Positions 1-9,250 of a stretch of DNA of 27,218 nucleotides are shown here, piece by piece. Source of the stretch: Planctomycetota bacterium (GTDB lineage: Bacteria; Planctomycetota; UBA11346). Every line of letters starts with the position of its first letter. The stretch's first letter is position 1. A program made the position numbers and the translations under genes. The stretch covers positions 1 to 27,218 of the forward strand of contig JBBRLJ010000058.1 of assembly GCA_038231435.1 (NCBI GenBank), written 5' to 3'. The notes under the pieces were generated by a model. That model was given only the letters and a program-made list of their open reading frames with translations, was not told where the DNA came from and did not search any database.

Positions 1-376
1 GCGGGCGGCTACCGCCGACCCGGCCGCCGAGTCCTGGTGTGCGTGAATAATGGGCGAAGCCCATCACGCAAACTTCTTGGCCGCCTGGCGGCCAAGAAGA
101 AGGATGACAAAGGCCGTGGGGGCCCGGGGGCAAAGCCCCCGCACAAAATGCCGCCCACCGCCCTTCGGCGCCCGCCCCGTCGCGGAGCGACGGGTCCCTG
201 GGTATAGGTCTCAAGGGTCCCCATAGCGCCGCGGGTGGCGACCGTCTCCTCGGCCGCCGAGTCCTGGTTTGCGTGAATAATGGGCGAAGCCCACCACGCA
301 AACTTCTTGGCCGCCTGGCGGCCAAGAAGAAGGATGACAAAGGCCGTGGGGGCCCGGGGGCAAAGCCCCCGCACAA
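1..376. repeat. Tandem direct repeat with 230-bp period, rich in hairpins; probably truncated by the window start
   Basis: 21-146 and 251-376 are identical except for 2 substitutions; 1-20 also resembles 231-250. Internal hairpins: TGGGC-GAA-GCCCA, CTTCTTGGCCGCC-T-GGCGGCCAAGAAG, GGGGGC-AAA-GCCCCC, CCCGTCGC-GGA-GCGACGGG. Confidence 0.92.
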
Positions 377-382
377 TAAGCT

Positions 383-1225
383 TCAGCCGTAGGCGCCGGA
401 GGGGAGGAATCCCAGCAGGCGCTTGAGTCGCGGATTCGCGTCGGCGTAGACGTGCTCGGGCATCTGGTAGTTCATGAACGGATGGTATTTGTGGCCGATC
501 AGGCGGCGGGCGTAGCTGACCTGGGTCACGTAGCGAGTCTTGCTGCTGGTGTTGGGGCCGCCGCGGTGCCAGACCTGATTGTTGAACATCACCACGCTGC
601 CGGCCGGAGCCAGGTTGTGCTGGATGAGCGCTTCCCACTTGGTGCCCTTCAGGTCGCTGGGGCAGCTGGCGCCGAAGAGGTGCGAGCGCGGGATGGTCTC
701 GGTGCCGCCGATCGCGACCTCGTCGACGTCGATGAGATAGTAGTTGGCGGTGAACAGCAGTACCGGCAGGCGGATGTTGGTCGGCGGCTCACCGTCCATG
801 ACCAGCATGTGCGGCGCATCGTCCTGGTGCCACATCGAGATGCCCTGCCCGGGCATGGTGATGAAGGAGTTGTTGTGGATGACGTGGCAGTCGCTGGCGA
901 TCAACGCCTCGGCGAAGGTCGCGATCGGCTCCATGTCGAAGAGGCGCAGGTTGGCGCGGCTCTTCTCGAACATGCGCGGGCGCAGTTCAGCGTAGGTATC
1001 GGTCTTGCGATGCTCGCCGATCTGCTCGTCGAGGTCGCGGCGGAGCTCGGCGCACCAGTCTGGCGGAATGACGCTGGGGATGACCAGGTAGCCATCGCGG
1101 TGGAACTGCTCGATCCAGACGGCGAGTTGCTCGGGGCTGGCCTTCTCTCCGGCCCAGTAGCGCGGGCGGGTCGGCAATGCCGTCGGGGGAGGGTCGTCGG
1201 TGCGGGTGGCGGTGGCAGTGGTCAT
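383..1225 (-). CDS. Phytanoyl-CoA dioxygenase (PhyH) family Fe(II)/2-oxoglutarate dioxygenase
   Basis: Motifs EQFHRDGYLVI, WHQD (HxD) and FNNQVWHRGGPN..R. ATG at 1225 (MTTAT...) chosen over the longer ORF. Confidence 0.85.
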   Translation of the reverse strand: MTTATATRTDDPPPTALPTRPRYWAGEKASPEQLAVWIEQFHRDGYLVIPSVIPPDWCAELRRDLDEQIGEHRKTDTYAELRPRMFEKSRANLRLFDMEPIATFAEALIASDCHVIHNNSFITMPGQGISMWHQDDAPHMLVMDGEPPTNIRLPVLLFTANYYLIDVDEVAIGGTETIPRSHLFGASCPSDLKGTKWEALIQHNLAPAGSVVMFNNQVWHRGGPNTSSKTRYVTQVSYARRLIGHKYHPFMNYQMPEHVYADANPRLKRLLGFLPSGAYG

Positions 1226-1367
1226 AGGGGTCTTCCAGATGGTGTGGCGGGGGTTTTCGCGGGGCTTCCGGCGCTGCCGGCATGCGGTACATGATGGATA
1301 CCCGATCCGGGGTGGGCGCCAGCCGCGCCAGCCCTCCGGGATCGGCGGAGAGGCCGCAGGAATCGAC

Positions 1368-2387
1368 ATGGCCATCGATGCCGCTGATCCCATTGACGCC
1401 ACCAGCTTCGTCACCCTCGACGAGCTCCAGCCGCGGGTCGATCTGGCTGCCTGCTACCATCGGCTTGGTCCAGAGCGCTACCGGTACCGGGTGCCCGGGC
1501 AGCATTTCCTGCTGGTGACCGCCGGGCGCATCGACGCCACCACGCCTTCGGGCCGCACCGAGGGACGCACCGGCGACCTGCTGTGCTTTCCAGCCGCCGA
1601 TCTCAACGAGTACGGCATGGATGAACCGACCGATTATTACGAGGCGCACATCCGCTTCGCGCCGCCGCCGCGTCATCGTCACGCGGTGTGGCTCGACGAG
1701 GTCGGGCCGGTGCCGCTACGCGTCCGCCTCGGTGATGGCTACGAGCGCATGCGCCGGATCTTCGATACCCTGTGCTGCGAGCTGCCGCTGAGCGGCGCGG
1801 TGCACCGCGCGCGAGTCGTCGGCGCGGTGTGGGACATGCTGGGTGTGATCGCGGAATCGGTGCGCCCAGCGAAGGGAAACACAGGGGGCGCTGCGCCGAT
1901 GCTCGACGTCTGGCAGCGCTCGCGCATGCGCCTGGCCTCGGACCTCGGCGGCAAGCTCGAGATCCGCGCGATCGCGGTCGAGTGCGACATGTCGGTCGAC
2001 CATTTCATTCGCGGCTTCCGCCGCCGCTTCGGCATCAGCCCGGGGCATTACCGCGCGCAGCAGAAGCTGCGCCACGCCGCGCATCGCCTGCGCGCCGGCG
2101 ACGAGCCGATCAAGGCGCTCGCCCACGAGCTCGGCTTCGCCGACGCCTACTCGTTCACCCGCGCCTTCCGCAAGTACCTCGGCGTCCTGCCCTCGGATCT
2201 GCGCTCCGGCCGCGCCATCCCATCCGCCGAGCAGCCGCCCGATCAGGGCCTGATGACGGTCAACGCCCACATCCTCCCGCCGGATGCCGGCACCGACATC
2301 TACGCCGAGTGCACGCCTGTCAGTTGGGGGGCTACGGCCCCCCAACATCGCGCTCCGCGCTGCCCCCCAGGAAGCCAGACGACATGA
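1368..2387 (+). CDS. AraC-family transcriptional regulator, divergent from the PhyH gene
   Basis: Cupin-like N-terminus and double HTH (IAVECDMSVDHFIRGFRRRFGISP...IKALAHELGFADAYSFTRAFRKYLGVLPSDLR). AGGA before ATG 1368. Confidence 0.88.
   Translation: MAIDAADPIDATSFVTLDELQPRVDLAACYHRLGPERYRYRVPGQHFLLVTAGRIDATTPSGRTEGRTGDLLCFPAADLNEYGMDEPTDYYEAHIRFAPPPRHRHAVWLDEVGPVPLRVRLGDGYERMRRIFDTLCCELPLSGAVHRARVVGAVWDMLGVIAESVRPAKGNTGGAAPMLDVWQRSRMRLASDLGGKLEIRAIAVECDMSVDHFIRGFRRRFGISPGHYRAQQKLRHAAHRLRAGDEPIKALAHELGFADAYSFTRAFRKYLGVLPSDLRSGRAIPSAEQPPDQGLMTVNAHILPPDAGTDIYAECTPVSWGATAPQHRAPRCPPGSQTT
2317..2375 (+). repeat. REP-like palindromic repeat, copy 1 (inside the 3' end of the AraC ORF)
   Basis: CTGTCAGTTGGGGGGCTACGGCCCCCCAACATCGCGCTCCGCGCTGCCCCCCAGGAAGC; 58/59 identical to 17762-17820. 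Confidence 0.9.
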
Positions 2388-2418
2388 AGGCTGGGAAGGC
2401 TTTCGAGATCTCACGCGG

Positions 2419-3480
2419 TCACGCGTGTTTTAAAACCAGCATGGAGTCGCCATAGCTGAAGAAGCGGTAGCGCTCGGCGATGGCGATGGCGTACAGCTCG
2501 TGTAGGCGTTCGATGCCGGTCAGGCACGACACCAGCATCAGCAGGCTCGAGCGTGGCAGGTGGAAATTGGTCAGCAGGCCGTCGATCGCGCCGAGCGTGG
2601 ACGGTGGATGCAGGAAGATGCCAGTCCAGCCGCTGAATGGCGCGAGCCCACCCGGCTGGGCGGCGGCGGTCTCAAGCGTGCGCACCACGGTGGTGCCGAC
2701 CGCGATGACGCGTCCGCCTGCGGCGCGGCACGAGGTGATGGCGTCGACGGTCTCCCGCGGGCACGCGCAGCGCTCGCTGTGGATGCGGAAATCCTCGATC
2801 TCGATGGTGTCGACCGGCTTGAAGGTTCCGGGTCCGATCGAGAGGTCGACGCGCGCCAGGCCGACGCCCATCGCCGAGAGACAAGCGAGCAGCTCGGTGG
2901 TGAGATGCAGGCCGGCGGTAGGCGCGGCCACTGCTCCCACCGCGTCGGCGAATACCGTCTGATAGCGGTCGCGGTCGCCAGCGCAGTCGGGGCGCATGAT
3001 GTACGGTGGCAGCGGCACGTGCCCGATGCGCTCGGCCAAGGCCATCACGTCGGTACCCGGGGGGAACTCGACGGTACGCGTGCCGTCATCATGCACCGCG
3101 AGCACGGTGGCGAACGAGCCCTTGGGCAAGCCGCCGGGAAAGGTCAGCTCGGTATCCTCGTGCACGCGGCCGCGCACCAGGGCGCGCCACAGGATGCTGG
3201 CGTCCGCCTGGGTGCCATGGTCCTGCTCGGGATGGATGAGCAGCACCTCGATCTCGCCGCCTGTGGCCTTGTGGCCGAATAGCCGCGCGGGAAACACCTT
3301 GGTGCGGTTCACCACCAGCAGGTCGCCGCGGCGCAGCAGCGAGGGCAGGTCGCGCACGTGGCGGTGGCTCGGCGCCGCGTCGCCATCGGCGACGAGCATG
3401 CGTGCGGCATCGCGCGGCTCGATCGGCTCCTGGGCGATGAGTTCGGGGGGCAGGTCGTAATCGAAGAGGCGGGTCTGCAT
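2419..3480 (-). CDS. queA: S-adenosylmethionine:tRNA ribosyltransferase-isomerase
   Basis: FDYDLPPELIAQEP, VPLPPYI, YQTVFA, AVAAPTAGLH, AVGTTVVRTLE, TNFHLPRSSL, YRFFSYGDSM. Confidence 0.97.
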   Translation of the reverse strand: MQTRLFDYDLPPELIAQEPIEPRDAARMLVADGDAAPSHRHVRDLPSLLRRGDLLVVNRTKVFPARLFGHKATGGEIEVLLIHPEQDHGTQADASILWRALVRGRVHEDTELTFPGGLPKGSFATVLAVHDDGTRTVEFPPGTDVMALAERIGHVPLPPYIMRPDCAGDRDRYQTVFADAVGAVAAPTAGLHLTTELLACLSAMGVGLARVDLSIGPGTFKPVDTIEIEDFRIHSERCACPRETVDAITSCRAAGGRVIAVGTTVVRTLETAAAQPGGLAPFSGWTGIFLHPPSTLGAIDGLLTNFHLPRSSLLMLVSCLTGIERLHELYAIAIAERYRFFSYGDSMLVLKHA

Positions 3481-3494
3481 CGCTGGGGATCGGG

Positions 3495-4970
3495 CTATGT
3501 CATCTTGGCGATGAGCGCCGGGCGGAAGGTTGGATCTTGCGTCACGGCATCGTCGAACCGCAGACGCGCGGTGGCTTCGTCGCCACGCGCACGCGCGGCC
3601 ATGCCGCGGTAGAACGCGAGCTCCGCGCGCAGGCGCCGCGGCTGCGGCGCGGCCGAGGCGGCCGCGCGCTCGAGCAGGCGTTCGCCGGGCGTTGGATCAT
3701 CGCCATTGCGGAACGCCATCATCACCTGGAACTGCCCGGCCTGGAGCAGCGCGGGCGCGAAGCTGGGCGAGATCTCGAGTGCTCGCGCGAGCGCCGAGCG
3801 CGCCGCGTCGAAGCAGTCGCCCTTCTCGAGCACCGACGGCACCGCGCGGCTGGCGGCGATCAGCGCCCCGGCCTGCAGCGTCAGCAGCGCGGGGTCATCC
3901 GGATGTGCCGCGAGGGCGGCTTCGGCCAACGCGATCGCCTGCGCCGCGTCGCCGCCTTCGAGCACGTGATGGACGGCATCCACCCACTTTCCGGATTCCG
4001 ACGGCGTGATCGTGGCGGCGAGCGTGCTGGCTGCGTCGCGGTCGCGCACGATCGCGCTCGGCTTGACGTGCTGCCAGCCGGGTTGGCCGAGATCGGCGAG
4101 CCCCGCCCACACGCGCAGGATGGCGTAGCGCGGCGTGCCCCAGACCTGCGGGATGCGCGTGATCCACGCCGGCATCTCGTCCTCCATGACCGCGATGGTC
4201 TCGCCGAGCGTGCGTCCAGCGTCGTGATGGCGCTTCACCTGCTCGAGGAAGTAGCGGCAGATGCGCTCGAGGGTCGCGAGCTCTGCCTCGTGCGCGACCG
4301 GTCCGTGGCCGGGCGACACGTGGGCCGCACCGAAGGCGCGCACCTCGTCGAGCGCGGCCAGCCAGGCATGGTTTTCGAGGCCCTCGCGCTGGCTCGGCTG
4401 GCCGAAGATCGGGAAGCTGCCGGTCATCACCGTGTCGCCAGAGACCAGCACGCGTTCGCGCTCGCACCACACCAGCGTCGGATCGGCGGTCTCGGCGTCC
4501 TTGCCCAGGCGCAGCGACAGCTCGAGGCCACCCAGGTCGAGGGTAGTGGAGTCGTCGGCGAACAGCGTCGGCTGGAGCGGATCCGGCCCGAGCTCGAAGC
4601 CGCGGCTGGCGAGGAAGCCCTTCTGGCGCGGCGCGCGCTCGACCATCGCCGTGGCGGTGCGGCGGCTGGCCACCAGCGTGGCGCCGGCGTCGGCGAACAC
4701 CGCGTTGCCGCTGGTGTGGTCCCAGTGGTAGTGGGTGTTCACCGCGTACAGGATCGGCTTGGCGAAGGCCGTCTCGATGGCGGCGCGCAGCCGGCGCGCG
4801 AGTGCATGGTTGACCTGGGTGTCGATCACCGCAAGGCCACGCTCGCCGACGAACACCGTCGAGTTGACGATGTTGCGCCAGATGAAGGCGTGTTCGGTGA
4901 TGCGTTCGAGCGAGCCGTAGACGCGCGGCGCGAAGGGGTTCTCGGGAGGTGAGCCGGGCTTCGGGTTCAC
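3495..4970 (-). CDS. Metallo-beta-lactamase-fold protein with C-terminal TPR-like helical repeats
   Basis: VIDT, NTHYHWDHTSGN (HxHxDH), VSGD, SPGHG; Ala-rich C-terminal repeats (ALAAHPDDP, ALEISPSF, AVTQDPTF). Confidence 0.82.
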   Translation of the reverse strand: MNPKPGSPPENPFAPRVYGSLERITEHAFIWRNIVNSTVFVGERGLAVIDTQVNHALARRLRAAIETAFAKPILYAVNTHYHWDHTSGNAVFADAGATLVASRRTATAMVERAPRQKGFLASRGFELGPDPLQPTLFADDSTTLDLGGLELSLRLGKDAETADPTLVWCERERVLVSGDTVMTGSFPIFGQPSQREGLENHAWLAALDEVRAFGAAHVSPGHGPVAHEAELATLERICRYFLEQVKRHHDAGRTLGETIAVMEDEMPAWITRIPQVWGTPRYAILRVWAGLADLGQPGWQHVKPSAIVRDRDAASTLAATITPSESGKWVDAVHHVLEGGDAAQAIALAEAALAAHPDDPALLTLQAGALIAASRAVPSVLEKGDCFDAARSALARALEISPSFAPALLQAGQFQVMMAFRNGDDPTPGERLLERAAASAAPQPRRLRAELAFYRGMAARARGDEATARLRFDDAVTQDPTFRPALIAKMT

Positions 4971-4974
4971 GGCT

Positions 4975-5373
4975 TCAGCCGCCCGCCTCGGCCAGCACTT
5001 CCTCGGCGATGACCAGCGGCACGTGCGGCATGCGCACCATCAGCGCGATGGCGTCGGATGGCCGGCAATCGACGGTGATCTCGCGGCCGTCGGCGGCGGC
5101 GAGCAGCAGCTCGGCGTAGAAGGTGCCCTCGCGCAGGTCGACGATGCGCACCTCGCGGCATTCGGCCTTCAGCTGGTCGAGCAGCGAGACGAACAGGTCG
5201 TGGGTGAGGGGGCGCGGAAAGCTCTGGCCCTTGATCGCGCGATCGATGGCCATGGCCTCGAGCGGGCCGATGACGATGGGGATGCGGCGGCTGCCGTCGC
5301 GCTCCGAGACGAAGATCACTTGCTGGCTCTCGTCGATCAGGATCTGCGACAGGTAGCAGGGGCGGAGGGCCAT
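4975..5373 (-). CDS. Bifunctional nuclease family protein (DUF151)
   Basis: RRIPIVIGPLEAMAI, PRPLTHDLF, GTFYAEL, DCRPSDAIAL. Start MALRP at 5373. Confidence 0.9.
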   Translation of the reverse strand: MALRPCYLSQILIDESQQVIFVSERDGSRRIPIVIGPLEAMAIDRAIKGQSFPRPLTHDLFVSLLDQLKAECREVRIVDLREGTFYAELLLAAADGREITVDCRPSDAIALMVRMPHVPLVIAEEVLAEAGG

Positions 5374-5426
5374 CGTTGGGGCATCATAGCCGTGTATCGC
5401 GGGCATCCAGAGGTCTTCGAAACGGC

Positions 5427-6326
5427 TCAGGCGTCGGGAGCCGGTGCCACCACGACGCCGTCGACCAGTGCGGCGATGTCGGCGGGGCCGATGCGGGCGA
5501 CGTCGGCTCGCATGGCGTTCGCCGCTCCGGCGGCGGCGGCGTAGCGCAGCTGCTGCTCGAGGGTCTGGCCGCTCAGGCGCGCGTGGGCGAGCGCGGCGAG
5601 GTAGCAGTCGCCGCTCCCCACGGGGTTGACCTGGCGCACGGTGGGCGGCGTAACGCGGAAGCGCCCCTCGGGGTGGCGAACGTGGATGCTGGCCGCGCCA
5701 TCGGTGAGGTGCAGCTCGGGACAGCCGAGCCAGTGGCGGCCGTCCTCGCCGTATTCCTGGCGGTTCGGCTTGGCGAGTCCCGGGGGATGCGCCGCGGCCA
5801 GCGCGGCGTCCATCGCCGGTCCGTAGGCGTCGATCCAGCACGGCACCCGGGCCTGGTGGCAGGCATCGAGGATCAGCCGGAACAGGTCGTTGCAGGTCGG
5901 GTCGGGCACGCTGCCGCCGACGATGCACAGATCCATGCCCGCGAGCAGCCGGCGGGTATGTGTCACCAGCGCTCCGATCTCGGCGGCATCGACGGCGAAT
6001 CCGCCCTCGAGCACCGAGGTGTTGCCGCCGCGCGCGTCATCGATGCACAGGAAACCGATGCGCGTGCGCGCTGCCGTGGCCACGAACGCGGGCTCCATGC
6101 CATCTCGGGCGACCAGATCGGTGAGCAGCGCTCCGCTCGTGCCGCCCGCGAAGCCACTGGCCACCACGCGGTGCCCGTGGCGCGCCAGCACCCGTCCGAC
6201 ATTCAGCCCCTTGCCGCCCGCCGCCGCCTCGAAGCGCTCGATCCTGGTCACGGCCCCCGGCTCGACCCGCGCCCGGGAGAGGTGGTCGAGCATCGTATTC
6301 GCGGTGATGGTGAGGATGGCAGACAC
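5427..6326 (-). CDS. PfkB / 1-phosphofructokinase-family sugar kinase
   Basis: ILTITAN..D, AGGKGLNV, KPNRQE, VNPVGSGDCY anion-hole motif. Confidence 0.9.
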   Translation of the reverse strand: MSAILTITANTMLDHLSRARVEPGAVTRIERFEAAAGGKGLNVGRVLARHGHRVVASGFAGGTSGALLTDLVARDGMEPAFVATAARTRIGFLCIDDARGGNTSVLEGGFAVDAAEIGALVTHTRRLLAGMDLCIVGGSVPDPTCNDLFRLILDACHQARVPCWIDAYGPAMDAALAAAHPPGLAKPNRQEYGEDGRHWLGCPELHLTDGAASIHVRHPEGRFRVTPPTVRQVNPVGSGDCYLAALAHARLSGQTLEQQLRYAAAAGAANAMRADVARIGPADIAALVDGVVVAPAPDA

Positions 6327-6389
6327 GATAGATGTTCTCTGTTCGGAACTGCTCCGGGCTTTCCTCTTTCCGCTCTGCGCTGGATCGCC

Positions 6390-7979
6390 TCAGCGATTCA
6401 GGATGTCCGCGTTCGGCCGCTGATCGGTGAAGATCGGCGCGTCGTGCAGGATGGCGTTGTCGGGCGCCTTGGTCTCGTCGAGGAAATCCTTGTCGCCGAC
6501 CAGCGCCTCGCCGCCGTGCTTGGTCACCTCGCGGGCGGCCACCACGCTGGTGAGGTAGGTCTCGCGCGCGTAGAGCACCCAGTCGATCTCGCGCAGCGCG
6601 ATCGCGTCCTGGTCGGTTTCTCGCTCGTCCCAGTTGCACGGCATCTTGCCGCCGCGCTCCTTCTGCGCCCACGCTACGACCGCGCGTCGGGCGGCCTTGA
6701 TCGCATCCTTGTCGCTGCTGTTGCGGAAGGTGATGCTCTTGAGTGCAGTGGGGCTGGGCGTGAGCTTGCTGGCGAAGGTCGGATCGGGTCCCTCGATGAC
6801 CGAGGCGTCGACCAGCGAGGTCGCCCAGTCGTTGTCGTCCTTGGTGTGGCGCAACAGGTACTGGCGGCTGACGTTCTTGCCGGCCGCGACCTCGGGGAAG
6901 AGCACGAAGGACTTGAGGCGTTCCCAGCGTTCGTCGCCGGCGCCCTTGGGCTCGAGCGGCTTGCGGCTCGCGACCACGATGTTGTTGCGCGGGTCGGCGA
7001 GATTGAAGTCGCCCGCGGTCTCCCACACGCTCAGCACCGGGAAGTTGATGACGCTGACCAGCCCGGCCGCGCGGAATGAGCGGATGGCGCCGCCGAGCAC
7101 GCGGTGCTTCTCGCCCTCGATGGTGTTGTCCGGCCCGCTGGTGCCGTAGCTGCCGATGACGTTGGCGAGCAGGATGCCGTCGTCATCGAGCACGCGCGCG
7201 CAATCGAGGAAGAACTCGCGCGTCATCAGGTGCGACGGGATGGTCGATCCGGCAGTGTACGCATCCAGGATGAGGACGTCGTACGACGGCTCTTTGCGCT
7301 CGCCATGGAAGTGGATGAACTGGCGGGCGTCGCCGATCTTGAACTGTAGGCGCGGCTCGCCGTCGGCGCGCTTCTGCTCGGACAGCCAGCGGATCAGCGG
7401 GAAATGGTCGCGCACCATCTCCACGACCTTGCGGTCGATGTCGACGACGGTGATGGCGGCGTTCGGGAAATGGTGCGCCAGCACCGCGATGCCGGCGCCG
7501 GAACCCAGGCCCACCACCAGGATGCGCGCATTGGCCTGGCGCGGATCGGTGCCGGCGGCGGCGACCAGCTTGTTGTTCATCAGGATCGACAGCGGGAACA
7601 GGCGCACGTACGGTGAATTGCTCACCGTGCCCGGGTCCGGCGTCCAGGTGAACGGCCAGATCTTCGCCGGCGGGGCCATCTCCGGACGCGTCGCCGGCAC
7701 CAGGTGCGCCAGGCGCGGATCCTTGAGATCGACCAGCTCCTGCCAGGTCGGGTGCAGGCAGACGCCGCCCTCGACCTTGTCGAAGAAGCGCAGCTGCAGG
7801 TAGTTTTCCGACGGGCTCGCGACCCAGGTCATGCTGGTGTAGGCGCTGTCGCGGTGGTCGAGCACCTCCTGGTCGGCGGCCATGCGCTTGGAATCGAGGC
7901 GGTATTGGTTGTCGCGGAAGCAGAACCCGAGCGTCGCCGCGACCGCGAACAGCAGCAGGCCGAGGAGCTTCCAGCTCAT
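6390..7979 (-). CDS. Spermidine-synthase-like SAM/dcSAM-dependent transferase with N-terminal hydrophobic anchor
   Basis: ILVVGLGSGAG, VVDID, GDARQFI, YDVLILDAY, HLMTREF, PIFTDQRPN. Start MSWKLLGLLL overlaps the upstream stop (ATGA). Confidence 0.8.
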   Translation of the reverse strand: MSWKLLGLLLFAVAATLGFCFRDNQYRLDSKRMAADQEVLDHRDSAYTSMTWVASPSENYLQLRFFDKVEGGVCLHPTWQELVDLKDPRLAHLVPATRPEMAPPAKIWPFTWTPDPGTVSNSPYVRLFPLSILMNNKLVAAAGTDPRQANARILVVGLGSGAGIAVLAHHFPNAAITVVDIDRKVVEMVRDHFPLIRWLSEQKRADGEPRLQFKIGDARQFIHFHGERKEPSYDVLILDAYTAGSTIPSHLMTREFFLDCARVLDDDGILLANVIGSYGTSGPDNTIEGEKHRVLGGAIRSFRAAGLVSVINFPVLSVWETAGDFNLADPRNNIVVASRKPLEPKGAGDERWERLKSFVLFPEVAAGKNVSRQYLLRHTKDDNDWATSLVDASVIEGPDPTFASKLTPSPTALKSITFRNSSDKDAIKAARRAVVAWAQKERGGKMPCNWDERETDQDAIALREIDWVLYARETYLTSVVAAREVTKHGGEALVGDKDFLDETKAPDNAILHDAPIFTDQRPNADILNR

Positions 7980-8644
7980 GCCACCGCTCCGGTGGCCGCT
8001 GTTCCCGATCCCGTCCCTGGAGCTGCCGACGATGCGGGCGCCGGCGCGGCCATGGTGGCCTCGACGCGCACGAATAGGTGGATGAGGCCGAGGGTACCGA
8101 GGATCAGGCCCATCACCATCAGGTTGCTGGTCAGCTGGAACTTCTCGAGCAGCACGTAGTCGGTGACCAGGATGCCCAGGACATTGCCAAGCGAGCCGAC
8201 GGCATAGAGCGTGCCGGTGGTGCGGCCGACGTGCGCGGCATTGGTGAACACCAGCTTGACCAGCATCGGCGACACCGATCCGAGCAGCAGCGAGGGCGGC
8301 AGGAACAGCACGAGCGCGCCGATGAGCACGCCCCAGCGCGCGGTCTGGATCGGCTCGCTGAGGGTGTGGCTGAAGCTCAGCCCGTACCAGGTCATCAGGC
8401 AGTAGAAGGCGCCGGCGGCGAGGACCACCCAGGCGAGTGGCAGGTTGGAGCGTGACTTGTCGGCGATGCGTCCGCCCACCACGTAGCCGATCGACAAGCT
8501 GAGGATGAAGACCGAGATGATCGCCGCCCACACGTCGATGGACGAGCCGAATACCGGCTGCAGCAGCCGTCCGCCGAGGATCTCGAGCGCCATCATGCAG
8601 AAGCCGCAGATGATCGACGTCAGGTACAGCGAGAAGATGCGCAT
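7976..8644 (-). CDS. Membrane protein like the N-terminal domain of fused MFS/spermidine synthases
   Basis: GFCMMALEILGGRLLQPVFGSS, SIGYVVGGRIAD, GTLYAVGSLGNVLG; about 6 TM segments; GGAG RBS. Confidence 0.82.
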   Translation of the reverse strand: MRIFSLYLTSIICGFCMMALEILGGRLLQPVFGSSIDVWAAIISVFILSLSIGYVVGGRIADKSRSNLPLAWVVLAAGAFYCLMTWYGLSFSHTLSEPIQTARWGVLIGALVLFLPPSLLLGSVSPMLVKLVFTNAAHVGRTTGTLYAVGSLGNVLGILVTDYVLLEKFQLTSNLMVMGLILGTLGLIHLFVRVEATMAAPAPASSAAPGTGSGTAATGAVA

Positions 8645-8712
8645 GCGGCTCTCCAGGAAGGCGCGAACAGTAGCCCTGCCTGCGCCCACGGGAAGGGGCG
8701 AGGGCGGGGAAC

Positions 8713-8822
8713 GTCCGTGGTCCGTGATCGGACCGCAACCGCCGGTGGTCCGTGGTGCGTCGTCGGACAGCTGGCTTGCTCCGTGACATTACGGTTCGGG
8801 GGCCCCGCGTCGACGACGGACG
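8713..8822. repeat. GGACGAC/GGACCAC heptamer-type short repeats
   Basis: GTCCGTGGTCCGTG, GTGGTCCGTGG and GACGACGGAC. The same unit occurs at 12208-12308, 19238-19384 and 23881-23905. Confidence 0.6.
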
Positions 8823-8828
8823 TTCTCC

Positions 8829-9236
8829 CTAGTGCGCTAGCCCGCGCTCACGCGGCCCGGTGCCCAGCTGGTCCGATACGCCCACCTTGATCTCGAAGTC
8901 CTCGACCATGCGGCGGATCTTCAATTCCTTCGAGGCCACGCCGTCGGGGGCGAAGAGGTAGCGGACCTGGGTGTTGCCCTGGTGCGTGGTGACGATCAGG
9001 AAACCATCGTCGTTGCGCCGCTTGTCGGTGACGATGATGAAAGGATCGCGGCACAGCCGGTCGAGGAGGATGCGCTCGTCGTCCTTGAGCTGGCTCGGCT
9101 CGAGGCGCGTGTCGCAGCCCGCGCTGAGCGCGAGCGCGAGGATCAGCGCGCCCAGGGTGGCGCCGAGCGTTGGCGCGCGGGTCACGGAATGGGTGGAGGG
9201 CACCATGGCCGCGGCATCATGAGTCGGGCCGGACAC
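8829..9236 (-). CDS. Hypothetical lipoprotein
   Basis: Hydrophobic stretch ending LSAG-C (lipobox-like); collinear with neighbours; start codon uncertain. Confidence 0.65.
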   Translation of the reverse strand: MSGPTHDAAAMVPSTHSVTRAPTLGATLGALILALALSAGCDTRLEPSQLKDDERILLDRLCRDPFIIVTDKRRNDDGFLIVTTHQGNTQVRYLFAPDGVASKELKIRRMVEDFEIKVGVSDQLGTGPRERGLAH

Positions 9237-9250
9237 ATCTCCACCTGGAA

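Noticed and set aside
1..376. CRISPR array
   Set aside because: Repeat core is 126 bp with only two copies visible; no 25-45-bp repeat/spacer pattern and no cas genes.
9..638. 209-aa minus-strand ORF over the tandem repeat
   Set aside because: Translation of hairpin repeats and an alternative frame of the PhyH gene; no protein-like features.
5376..7079. Long antisense ORFs (also 3537-4952, 13323-14963, 16007-17740, and 22770-24143 upstream of prmC)
   Set aside because: Shadow frames of high-GC genes on the opposite strand.
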